Shown here piece by piece: positions 10,304 to 19,661 of a DNA stretch of 64,000 nucleotides. The translations under genes were made by a program, and so were the position numbers. Position 1 is the stretch's first letter; every line of letters begins with the position of its first letter. This DNA comes from an uncultured delta proteobacterium (lineage in GTDB: Bacteria > Myxococcota_A > Polyangia > Polyangiales > Polyangiaceae), in assembly GCA_963782055.1 (NCBI GenBank), contig CAWAIF010000003.1, forward strand, positions 4,448,001 through 4,512,000, given 5' to 3'. The notes below the pieces were generated by a model. It was not told the DNA's origin. It worked only from the letters and a program-made list of their open reading frames with translations, and ran no database searches.

Positions 10304-11191
10304 ATGCACACCGATTCCCACGACACACCGACACCCGAGATCGACGAGCGCCGGCGCGAGATCGCGCTCTTCCGCTACGGCGTCATCGCCGACCTCGTGC
10401 ACCTCGAGCCGCACCACCGCGGCCTCTATGCGCTGCTCGCAAAGAAGGCCGAGCTCGACTACACGATCCCCGGCTCGCTGCGCCGGCACGTCGCGCCGGA
10501 GACGATGCGCGGCTGGCTCCGTGCCTACCGCCAAGGTGGCTTCGATGCACTCGCGCCGCGCGTACGAGCCGACCAGGGCAGCACGCGGTCGATCCCGATG
10601 CACGTCGTCGACCTGCTCTGCCAGATGAAGGAGGACTCGCCCGAGCTCTCGATCCCCGCGCTGATCAAGGTCGCACGCGCCGACCACGCCCACGTCGTCA
10701 CCGACGAGGTCGCGCTCCCCGAGTCGACGGTGCACCGCGTGCTCGCGCGCCGCGGGCTCATGAAGAAGCAGCCCGAGGAGCCGACGAGCAAAGACCGGCG
10801 TCGCTTCGAGCACGAGAGCGCCGGCGACCTCTGGATGAGCGACGACTCCGAGAACCGCCTAACCGTCGTGCTCGTCGGCCATCCCGAGCTGCGCCGCCGC
10901 ATGAGCATGGCAGCCCTCGACGCCCTCGCGCAGCGCGTCGTCGTGCGCGCCCACGTCCGCGGGCTCACGCGCGAGGAGATGGGCCCGTACCTCGCCCATC
11001 GCCTCCATCTCGCCGCCTCCGACGTCCCACTCTTCGAGCCGCCGACCGTCGAGGCGATCTTCCAGGCGTCGAGCGGCTTGCCGCGCAAGGCCAACGGGCT
11101 CGCCCATCACGCACTCTTCGCCGCCGCCATCGCCAAGGCGAAGTCCGTCACCACCGAGCATGTCCAGGCGGCGATGCAGGAGGTCGCGTAG
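10304..11191 (+). pseudogene. In-frame deletion fusion of a transposase N-terminus (HTH) and an ExeA/AAA ATPase C-terminus
   Basis: 'EIALFRYGVIA...RRFEHESAGDLWMSD' stops at the first catalytic Asp (about 10843) and joins 'DSENRLTVVLVGHPELRRR...ASSGLPRKAN'. Confidence 0.75.
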
Positions 11192-11323
11192 AGCCACCCG
11201 CACCGGTCACCGACGACGTCGGGGGGCTCGCGCTCGTACCGCGGTGCCCCGGCGTCTCGCTCTTGTCCCACGGCTCCCACCGCGGGAAGCGATCACGCAG
11301 ACCGAGAGCGCAGCCCGGTGGCG

Positions 11324-11683
11324 TCACGACGGAGCGTGGGGCGCTGGCGGTGGAAGAGCGTGGGAGACAACATCTCGTCGATGACCTCGTCGGTCGCGTC
11401 GAACAGCGACCACTTCAGCGAGCTCGACCCGACGTTCAGCGCAAGGACACGATCCAGCATCACTCTCCGTGCGGTCGTTCACGCGGTGGTTCCGGGCGGA
11501 GGTCGGCGTCTCCCCGCATCGCCCCGCCGTGCCGCGGAGCGAGTCGCCAGACGCCGGAACGACGAGGTGCTTCGGGCCCCCGCACCAGACGCAGCCCCGC
11601 GCAGCCACCGCCCGGGCCATCGCCTCGTCGATCTTCGTCAGCCTCCCGAAAAACTCGCTCCCGAGCTCGATCTGGTCGAACAT
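11324..11683 (-). pseudogene. Fragment of a CxxC-containing hypothetical gene, possibly transposon-associated
   Basis: MFDQIELGSEFFGRLTKIDEAMARAVAARGCVWCGGP, after which protein-like character is lost. Confidence 0.4.
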
Positions 11684-11822
11684 GTCCACCTCCGGTCTCG
11701 ACAACTCGGAGGCGAGCCCCTCAGAAGGTCTTCGGACAAGTTTTCTGAGGGGCTTCGTCTATCCGCCCCTCGCGGAACGTGACCAGATCGGCGCGTCTCT
11801 CCCTCGATCTACGTGACGCTGC

Positions 11823-12362
11823 TCACCAGTACGCGCGCAGCGCCTCGAGCAGTCGTGGGCTGAGCATCACGTAACGCTCGCGCCCGCGCTTGGTGTGGCG
11901 CACATGCAGCAGCATGCGCTTCGGATCGATGTCGTCGACGCGCAGCTTGCAGACCTCGCTGACGCGCAGACCGGCACCGTAGGCCAGCATCACGAGCACC
12001 CGGTGCTTGTCGGTCGCGAGCGCGCCGAGCAGCTTCTCCACCTCGACGTGCGTCAGCACCACCGGCACGTGCATCGGCACCCGCATGCGTGGCATCAGGG
12101 CGATCTCCTTGGGCCGCCCGAGCGTCACCGCGTACAGGAACTTCAGCGCCCCGGCGTAGACGTTGAACGTCGCGGCGGCCACCCGGCGCTCCTGCGCGAG
12201 GTGTAGCAGGAATGTGCGGATCTCGTCGGCGCCCATCGCGCACGGGGAGCGACGGAAGTGCTCGGCGAACTTCCGCGCGCACCGCACGTAGGCGTCGATC
12301 GTGTTGGCGCTCATGCCTCGCAGCGCCAGGTCCTCTCGCATCTTGTCGCGTAGTCTTCGCAT
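11823..12362 (-). pseudogene. Tyrosine recombinase (SAM-like N-terminus), C-terminally truncated
   Basis: 'LRDKMREDLALRGMSANTIDAY', 'LAYGAGLRVSEV', 'TKRGRERYVML'; stops at LRAYW with no HxxR box or catalytic Tyr. Confidence 0.85.
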
Positions 12363-12522
12363 CGCGGCCTCCTTCGGCTCGCGCGCGCCCGAGAGCGGGC
12401 GGCGCGAAGACTCAGGATCGCAGGGGCGGGCAGGAGCTACGAGACGGACTCGCGCCGCCGCTGCGAGGGCGACCTGTCAAGCAGGCCACGGCGTCCATGC
12501 GAAGCGATGCTGCCGCGCAGTG

Positions 12523-12585
12523 GCTTCGTCCAAGATGGATTTCGTAAACTTTCGCGCCCGACCGCGCATAGGATTTCCTATGCGC
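12523..12585 (+). repeat. dif-like element copy 2 (core plus R flank)
   Basis: GCTTCGTCCAA-GATGGA-TTTCGTAAACT-ttcgcgcccgacc-GCGCATAGGA-tt-TCCTATGCGC (perfect palindrome 12564-12585). Confidence 0.9.
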
Positions 12586-12758
12586 CCGGCGCCATCGTCG
12601 CCGCCTGACGCTCTGCCCCTCCTCACCCAGACCACCCGATCCACGCGTGCGGCCCGCGAGCGGGCCGTGGGGGCCCCCCCACCCATCCCCGTATGGGTCC
12701 GCAGACTGCGGGCAGCTGAGGGCTGACGTATCGATGCGGCTGTGCTAGCTCGGACCGC

Positions 12759-13772
12759 ATGCGTACCTCCGCCGTTCGACGTCCTGTTTTCCTCGCCTTC
12801 GTGCTCGCGACTGGCTCGGCCAGCTATCTCCTCGCCTGTGGGGGCGGCGATGGAGACACCAACGACGCGGGCCTGGACGTGCAGACGACCGACCAGAGCG
12901 TACCCGACGTGATGGTCCCCGACAGCGGCTCCGACGCCGCCGCCGATGCGCCCGTCGAGACGGGCCCGGCGTGCAACCTGTCGGACCCTTTCGCGACGCC
13001 GACGGTGCTCTCGTCGCTCAACAACGACGCCGGCGCGAACACGCGCGGCGCCCGCCTGTCGACCGATTACCTCACCGCGTACTACCAGTACGGCAACCTC
13101 CTCTTCACCGCGAAGCGGTCGTCGCCCAGCGGCGACACGTTCGGCTCGTATACCGAGCTGTCCTCGCTCAACGCCGACGCAGGCGCGAGCTCCAACCCGA
13201 CGGTGTCCTCGGATCAGCTCACCATCTACTTCGCCTCGACGCGGGCGGGGACGTCGCAGATCTACTTCGCGACGCGCGCATCGACGAGCGACCCGTTCGG
13301 GTCGCCCGGTCTCGTCGCCGGCTTGCCGACCGGGGCGCTCTCGGCGCCGTTCCTCCAGGGTGACGGCAGCACGCTTTACTTCGTCGCCTCGGGCGTCGCC
13401 GACGCGGGAACCGGCAGCGCCGACATCTGGAGCGCGAAGGTGAACAGCGCCGGCTCGGTCACGAACCCGGTCGAGGTCGCCGAGCTGAACACCACCGGCC
13501 CCGACGGCCCGGTCGGCGTCACCGCCGACGGCCTCACCGCCTACTTCTCTCGACTCCAGTCGATCGACGGCGGGCCGGCGAACCACTTCAAGATCTGGAA
13601 AGCGACGCGCACCAGCACCTCGGATCCGTTCTCCAACATCGTCGCCGCCGCCGAGCTCGAGGGGCCCGACTCGGTCAACGACGACATGGCGTGGGTCTCG
13701 AACGATGGATGCCAGGTCACCCTGTCGAGCTTCCGCACCGGCGGGAGCAACATCTTCATCGCCAACAAGTAG
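12759..13772 (+). CDS. Putative lipoprotein with PD40/TolB-like beta-propeller repeats
   Basis: Signal peptide ending LLAC, DAG-rich linker, repeats of 'PTVSSDQLTIYFASTR' and 'RASTSDPF'. Confidence 0.8.
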   Translation: MRTSAVRRPVFLAFVLATGSASYLLACGGGDGDTNDAGLDVQTTDQSVPDVMVPDSGSDAAADAPVETGPACNLSDPFATPTVLSSLNNDAGANTRGARLSTDYLTAYYQYGNLLFTAKRSSPSGDTFGSYTELSSLNADAGASSNPTVSSDQLTIYFASTRAGTSQIYFATRASTSDPFGSPGLVAGLPTGALSAPFLQGDGSTLYFVASGVADAGTGSADIWSAKVNSAGSVTNPVEVAELNTTGPDGPVGVTADGLTAYFSRLQSIDGGPANHFKIWKATRTSTSDPFSNIVAAAELEGPDSVNDDMAWVSNDGCQVTLSSFRTGGSNIFIANK

Positions 13773-14430
13773 ACGACGGGGGCCTGGGCCAGGCGATGGA
13801 GCGCCGCCGCGTACGTGCCGTCGGCCCGCGCGACCGCGAGCTCGTGGAGCAGGCGCGGGACGCGCGCGCAGAGCGCCCGGAAGCCGTGGCGGCACGCGGC
13901 CTGCGCGAGCGCGGCGCCAAGGTAGCTCTTGCCGACGCCGGTGTGGCCGACGGCGATGACGTTCTGCTTGGTGCGCACCCACTGGCACGTCGCGAGGCTG
14001 CGCACGACGGCGCGGTCCAGACCGCGCTCCGGCTCGCACGACACGTCCTCCAGGCAGGCGTGGAGCCCGAGCTTGGCTTGCTTGATCCGGCGCGCGAGCG
14101 CCTTGTTCTGCCGGTCGTTCCACTCGCAGTCGACGAGCAGCCCGAGCTGCTCCTCGAAGGAGAGCCGGTGCCCCGGCGGCTTGTTCGCGAGCTCCCGGAG
14201 CGCGTCGCGCCATCGCCCGCATCCTGAGCTCATGCAACTTCTTGATCGTTTCCTCCAGAATCATCGCTCGTCTCCTTCTTGTCGAAGTGCTCGCCCCCGC
14301 GGATGTTCTCGTGGACGACGATGCGGGGAGCGGTCTCGTCGTCGAGCGGTGCGCGGTCGAGACCGCGCTTCAAGATCGCCTCGACGCTCTTGCGCGTCGG
14401 GGCTCCGATGGCGACCGCGCGGCGGCCCCC
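13773..14430 (-). pseudogene. IS21-family internal fragment (IstA C-terminus plus IstB N-terminal part)
   Basis: 'VVHENIRGGEHF' (IstA tail); IstB 'MILEETIKKLHELRM', 'LSFEEQLGLLVD', Walker A 'GHTGVGKS'; frameshift at about 14210; truncated before Walker B. Confidence 0.85.
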
Positions 14431-14479
14431 GTCTTCGACTTCATCCCATCAGTTTCGAGGAACTCCCGCAGCTTCTCCA

Positions 14480-14620
14480 GATGTAGCTCCGCCCGAGCAC
14501 ATGCTGCCGCCGAAACTTCACCCCGCATAACTTCCGCCCCTTGAGCGCCCGCCAATCATCTCCTCCGACCGTGTAGCTCCCTCCCGCCGCATCCGGCGCG
14601 CATACGTGTGAAGGAGAAAG
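14480..14620 (-). pseudogene. DUF559-type endonuclease fragment
   Basis: 'YARRMRREGATRSEEM' and 'WRALKGRKLCGVKFRRQHVLGRSYI' in two frames; boundaries approximate. Confidence 0.65.
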
Positions 14621-15004
14621 AGCGAGGGGGCTTCGTGCGGTGCCATGCCCTCCCACAGCGGAAGAATCATGACGGCCGCAGTCACCCCTCCCCCTGGTCC
14701 ACCAAGAAGGCCGGCGGGATTCTTCCGCGGCTCGGCGTGGCACCGCACGAAGCCCCCTCGCGACGCCCAGACGCGTTCGACGAATCGGAGGAGGGCCCTG
14801 TCCCCCTCGTCCCCCGCGCCGAGGTCCGAACAGGGGGGCACCCAGCCTCCCCGATGGCGCGCGCAGCGCGACATCGAGGGGAGGGGCGCCACGCGCAGGG
14901 CTCGCGCGCAAGCCTTCGTGCGTGCCGACGTTGTTGCATTCTGCACCCATCGACGGCGCGCGCGAAGGCGAGCACGAGCCCGAGCATGGCGCCTGGAGGG
15001 GCCC

Positions 15005-15150
15005 CCTACTCCTACGAGCCCGACACCTTCCGCCTCACCGAGCAGACCACCACCCGGGCGAGCGACAGCGCCACACTCCAGGACGCCACCCTCACCTACG
15101 ACCCCGTCGGCAACATCGTGGAGATCGACGACGGCGCCGAGCTGGCCGGT
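15005..15150 (+). pseudogene. RHS/YD-repeat core fragment
   Basis: 'YSYEPDTFRLTEQTTTR...LQDATLTYDPVGNIVEIDDGA'. Confidence 0.7.
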
Positions 15151-15231
15151 GAGGACCAACATGCGGCACTCGCCGCCGTCGCTCGCGTACTTCCACGCGC
15201 TGAAGGGCGGCCCCCGATGATGCCTATTCTC

Positions 15232-15966
15232 TCAGTGAGCGCGCGGGCACCTGCGCCGCTTGACCGACTCGAGCTCGACTTCGGTGTCGATCGGCACGCG
15301 GACGTCGCGCGGAGCGCCGAGCACTGCGTCCGCCGGGACGAGCGCGACCACCGGTGCGCGCGGGCGTGTGCCGCATCCCGGGTTGCCGCACGCGTTGACG
15401 CACTCCCTCACGACGCGGAGGCGCGTGGCCACGAGGACGGGCGTCGCCACGAAGACCTCGTGCGACGAGGTCATCGCGACCGTGGGCAGCGCCGCGCACG
15501 AGGGAGGCGCGACGACGAGCCAATGACTTCCGCGGTAGAGCGCCGGGCGGTTGCCGGCGGCGGACGACGCCAGCTCGACCTCCCGCGTGACGCTCAGCGG
15601 CACGAACGCCTGGGCGCGCAGCGCAGCATCGACGGCCGCGGCCCTGCGCTCGTCCTCGTAAGCCTGATCTCGCTCGGGCGTGTTGCGGCACGTCGCGGAC
15701 GCGGGCGTCGGCGGACCCGGTGCAGGGAGCGGGTCTGGCGGCGTGAAGACGATCGACGTGGGCCGTGTCGCCTCCGACGCGTCGCCGGCGTCGATCGGCG
15801 CGACCTCGCGCGCCGCGCTCGGCTGCTCGACGGCGTCGTGGGCAGCGGGTGTCGGGGACGGCGGCGGCCGTGAAGGCGCGCACGTCACCGGAACGGTGAG
15901 GGTCACGAAGAGGGCGGCGAGCGCGGAGCGCGGCGTCGGCATGAGCTCGTTGATCCAGCGCACCAT
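15232..15966 (-). CDS. hypothetical secreted protein
   Basis: Hydrophobic N-terminus, Pro-rich linker, Cys cluster CVNACGNPGCG. Confidence 0.6.
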   Translation of the reverse strand: MVRWINELMPTPRSALAALFVTLTVPVTCAPSRPPPSPTPAAHDAVEQPSAAREVAPIDAGDASEATRPTSIVFTPPDPLPAPGPPTPASATCRNTPERDQAYEDERRAAAVDAALRAQAFVPLSVTREVELASSAAGNRPALYRGSHWLVVAPPSCAALPTVAMTSSHEVFVATPVLVATRLRVVRECVNACGNPGCGTRPRAPVVALVPADAVLGAPRDVRVPIDTEVELESVKRRRCPRAH

Positions 15967-16071
15967 GCTAGCGCGCTTCGGCGAGCCCCGTGCCGGTGAA
16001 GCTCATCGGCGTGCGTCCGCGGTCGAAGCGGAAGGAGAGCGGCGACCGCGGACGTTGCCGTCGACGGCGGG

Positions 16072-16615
16072 GTGGACGGCGCGGCGGACGCCGGGGGCCG
16101 CTGCGATCCGAACAAGCCTTTCGGCGCGCCGCAACCGGTGCCCGAGCTGAACAGCGCGTTCGACGACAGCAGCCCGCACCTCTCGTGGGACGAGCGCATC
16201 GTCTACTTCTCCAGGCGGCCCACGTCCGATACCGACCCGTTCAAGATCTACTGGGCGCAGCGAAGCTCGCCCTCGGATCCGTTCGGCACGGCGGCGCTGG
16301 TCCCCGTCGTCAACACCGCGCCGGACAGCGGCGCCAGCGACGTTCAGCCGATGGTGACCAAGAACAATCTCGTCCTCTATTTCACGTCATTCCGAAACGG
16401 CACGGACGACCTCTTCACGGCGACTCGCGCGACCGGCGGCTCGCCGGCGACCAACCCGTTCGGGAACGTCACGCCCCTCGCCAACCTCAACAACTCCAAT
16501 CGTGGCGACGCCCACGCGTTCCTGTCAGCCGATGGAAGCGAGCTCTGGTACACGTCGAGCGTCGCCAAGGGTCAGCCCGAAGCAATCTATCGAGCCCTGG
16601 GCCCGGCGTTCGCCT
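16072..16615 (+). pseudogene. PD40/TolB-like repeat protein, truncated paralogue of 12759 and 30670
   Basis: 'CDPNKPFGAPQPVPELN', 'SPHLSWDERIVYFSR'; no signal peptide; runs into the opposite-strand NMO fragment. Confidence 0.7.
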
Positions 16616-16621
16616 CTTGCG

Positions 16622-17010
16622 GGCGCCAAACCCGAGCTCGCCCTTCGCCTTCGCGGCCGCGTTGAGCGCCTTGCCCGCGTCGTACGCGATGGGATAGTCG
16701 GGCACGTCACGGGGGAGCACGTCGCGGCCGGGCGCGGTGAAGCGATTGGCCACGCTCCTCGCGGGTCGTCCGGAGATGGCGCGCGTCATCACGGTGTGCC
16801 CCGCGGCGTCGCTCTGGAGCGCGGCCCTGTATCCGGCGTCGGCGTGCGACTCGTCGCACCCGACGAACGCCGTGCCCAGCTGTGCCGCGCTCGCGCCGAG
16901 GCGAAGGACCGCGGCGATGCCCGCGCCGTCCATGACGCCGCCGGCGGCGATGACCGGCCAATCCACCTCGCGCACCAGCAGCCGCGTCAGCGCCAGCGTA
17001 CCGAGACGGT
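16622..17010 (-). pseudogene. Nitronate monooxygenase family internal fragment
   Basis: 'PVIAAGGVMDGAGIAAVLRLGASAAQLGTAF', 'TRAISGRPAR', 'PDYPIAYDAGKAL'; both ends missing. Confidence 0.85.
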
Positions 17011-17043
17011 TCACGGTGTGCCCGCGGCGTCGCTCTGGAGCGC

Positions 17044-17079
17044 GGCCCGTCCGGTCTCAGCGGAAGGACGGACCAGGGT
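17044..17079 (-). repeat. dif-like element copy 3 (L flank only)
   Basis: ggcccgtccggtctcagcggaaggacggaccagggt matches the reverse complement of the L consensus. Confidence 0.85.
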
Positions 17080-17084
17080 GACGC

Positions 17085-17190
17085 GTGCGTCGCCTGGCTC
17101 TTGCCCGAGGCCCAGGGCACCAGCTCCACGGTGACGCCGCAACGCGGGCAGTCCACGCGGCGCAGGGCAGGGACGCCCACACGCTCCTGC
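17085..17190 (-). pseudogene. ISL3-family transposase zinc-finger fragment
   Basis: 'LRRVDCPRCGVTVELVPWASGKS'. Confidence 0.65.
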
Positions 17191-17337
17191 GGTGCGAGCC
17201 CCGTGACGAGCGCCGAGCGATCCGCTTCACGTCAACCCGCGGATCCGGCGGGGGGCCCTCATTTGAGGTCCGAGGTGCCCGTCGCCAGTGACCTTGTCGC
17301 GCATTGTTGAAGAGCGGCCAGTTGCCGCCTGTCGTAG

Positions 17338-17856
17338 TCAATCGTTGTTGAAGCGATCCACCAAGACGACGCGCGCGCCGTCTTCGATCGTGATCTCGAA
17401 GAGATCCTCGCCGTCCATCCCGTCGGCAAACTCCACGCGGACGTGATCGTAGAGGTGGCCTGCAACGATGGCCGGCGCGCTGCCCGCGCGCGGCGGACCG
17501 GCGAGCGACCTGCGTTCGTCGTCGACGGCGCGACGGGCTTCGGCGCCGGCCTTCGGCTCTTGCCACTCGGCGACGACGAGGAGCGGTCTACCGCGATCGG
17601 CGGGCGCGATGAGGTGCTGCACCGCGTACGCGCGGGCGACCGCGCACGCTACGGGCCGCGCTGGCGGCGCTCCCACTGCGGCGATCTCGGCCTCCATCGC
17701 CCGGCGGACGAGCTCGTCGTCGACATCGGCGCGCACCGGCGGGGGTCGAGGCGCGCTCGCGACGGGAGGCGTTGGCAGCGGCAGCGGCTCGGGCGCCACG
17801 ACGGGCGGGTGCGAGCACGCCGTGGCAACGATTCCGAACACCAGCGCGAGCCGCAC
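17338..17856 (-). CDS. putative lipoprotein
   Basis: MRLALVFGIVATAC lipobox-like start followed by a Pro-rich linker. Confidence 0.65.
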   Translation of the reverse strand: MRLALVFGIVATACSHPPVVAPEPLPLPTPPVASAPRPPPVRADVDDELVRRAMEAEIAAVGAPPARPVACAVARAYAVQHLIAPADRGRPLLVVAEWQEPKAGAEARRAVDDERRSLAGPPRAGSAPAIVAGHLYDHVRVEFADGMDGEDLFEITIEDGARVVLVDRFNND

Positions 17857-18028
17857 CCTCTCATGTACGCGGCCCCCGCGCCCCGGCTTCCCCTGGCCCG
17901 GAGCGTTCCTCCGACGGACGTGTGTGCGGGTCTCCGCGGCCGGCGGCCCGTGCCACCCCGACGCGGCCGCCGTCTGCGACGCGGGCTTGATCTGCGCTTC
18001 CTCCGAAGCGCGCGTGCCGTGGCGCGAT

Positions 18029-19156
18029 TCAGGGCGCGAGGTCGGCGCAGCGCACGGCGGCGCGCTGGAAACCCAGGAGCGGAAAGAAGACCTCGACGCC
18101 GCAGAAGGTCGCGCCGCTCGGGGTGTCGACGTTGTAGGCGACGACGTTGGCGCGGACGAACGCGATGCGCTCGACGCCGCCGGGGTCGTAGAGCCACGTG
18201 CCGCGTCGGAGGGTGGCCTGGGAGGCGTCGGACATGGTGCCGAAGCCGTCGAGGGAGATCCCGTCGACGCGCTCGAGCACGTCGGGAGCGATGCGCGTCA
18301 CGTCGCGCTCCGCGACCAGGCCCTCGATGCTCGCGCGCTCGCTCGCCGGAAAGCGAACGGCGACGAAGCCGCGCGGGGCGCCTGGCCGCGTGGCGACGTA
18401 CATCCAGCCGTCGCTCGACGTACCGGCGCGAACGACGAGCGACGCGACGGTCGACCCGCTCGGGCTCGCGAGCACCGTCGCGCCGGCTCGCACGCGCGCG
18501 TCGACCGCCGAGCGCGAAGGCGCGTCGGTGGGCGCAAAGAGGTCTCCGAGGTCCGATTTCGCGAGCCAGCCGGCGAAGCGCGCCTCGTCGAGCGTCGCGC
18601 GAACGTGGCGCAGCGCGCCGCGTTCGACGGAGCCGCGGGCGTCGTCGGCCTCGTGGATCTCTTGGACCTCGGCGCCGGGGAGGAGCGTGACGCCAGCGCG
18701 CGGGTCCGCCGCGGCGCAAGGCGCGAGCGCCAGCGTCGTTCGCTGGATGACCGTGAGCCCCAAGCTCGACCGTGGAAACCATGCGAGGGCGCGAAGGCGG
18801 CTCCCCTCCAGGCGAAGGCGAACGGCGGTCCCGTCCGCGGCGATCACGGCGAGCTCGCTCGGCTGCGGCGGGACCGGCTCGCGCTCGGACGACGCGTCGC
18901 CGAGCGCTTCACGCGTCCACGCGTGGCGACGCGGATCGACGAGGTACGCGTGAACGCGCAGCGCGGCGAGATCGCTCCGGAGCGCCTCCTCGGCGCCCAG
19001 GCTCGCGACGTGCACCGGCGAAGGGGCCCTCCGCGCCGCGGAGTCGCACGCGGCCACCTGGTGGACCTCGAGCAGCGGAAGCACGGCGCGCGGCGCCGCC
19101 GGCGGAGTGGCGCAAGCGCCGAGCCCGGCGAGCCCCACGAGGAAGAGCGACTTCAC
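18029..19156 (-). CDS. putative lipoprotein
   Basis: KSLFLVGLAGLGAC lipobox; 375 aa; family not recognised. Confidence 0.65.
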   Translation of the reverse strand: MKSLFLVGLAGLGACATPPAAPRAVLPLLEVHQVAACDSAARRAPSPVHVASLGAEEALRSDLAALRVHAYLVDPRRHAWTREALGDASSEREPVPPQPSELAVIAADGTAVRLRLEGSRLRALAWFPRSSLGLTVIQRTTLALAPCAAADPRAGVTLLPGAEVQEIHEADDARGSVERGALRHVRATLDEARFAGWLAKSDLGDLFAPTDAPSRSAVDARVRAGATVLASPSGSTVASLVVRAGTSSDGWMYVATRPGAPRGFVAVRFPASERASIEGLVAERDVTRIAPDVLERVDGISLDGFGTMSDASQATLRRGTWLYDPGGVERIAFVRANVVAYNVDTPSGATFCGVEVFFPLLGFQRAAVRCADLAP

Positions 19157-19241
19157 GCGGAGACGGACAGCTCAGGCCGTCGCGCGGTTCCCGCTCGCCC
19201 GACGGCATGGCCCGGCGGCGTACGAATTTCCTCCCGCGGCG

Positions 19242-19268
19242 TGTCGATCGGCGAGCGCGCCGTTCGTC
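19242..19268 (+). promoter_or_regulatory. ECF42-type promoter candidate upstream of YciI
   Basis: TGTCGA-N17-CGTC; shares TGTCGA and CGCCGTTCGT with 37337-37363. Confidence 0.65.
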
Positions 19269-19292
19269 GCAAGGGTAGCAAGGAGCACTGCC

Positions 19293-19661
19293 ATGCGTTT
19301 CATGATGATCGTCAAGCCGCCGCCGTACACCGATCGGCCCCCGCCCGAGGAGCTCGAGGCGATGGGGCGCTTCAACGACGAGCTGCGCCGGGCGGGCGTC
19401 CTGGTCGAGCTCAACGGCCTCGAGCCGCCCGACAAGGGCGCGAAGGTGAAGTTCAGCGGCAGCCAGCGGACCGTGCTCGACGGCCCGTTCAGCGAGACGA
19501 AGGAGCTGATCGGCGGGTACTGGATCATCGAGGTGCAATCGAAGGAAGGAGCGGTCGACTGGGCCAAGCGCATCCCGTTCGGCATTGAGGTCCACCCGGG
19601 CCAAGAGGTCGAGGTCGAGATCCGACAGGTGTTCGAGGTCGGTCCGGGGAGGGCGAGATGA
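19293..19661 (+). CDS. YciI/DGPF-family protein
   Basis: 'MRFMMIVK', 'VLDGPFSETKELIGGYWII'. Confidence 0.9.
   Translation: MRFMMIVKPPPYTDRPPPEELEAMGRFNDELRRAGVLVELNGLEPPDKGAKVKFSGSQRTVLDGPFSETKELIGGYWIIEVQSKEGAVDWAKRIPFGIEVHPGQEVEVEIRQVFEVGPGRAR

Noticed and set aside
15187..15214. Possible extra decayed L flank (gtacttcca-N9-gggcggcccc)
   Set aside because: It sits at a module junction, but the match is too short to separate from chance at this GC content; needs an HMM score.
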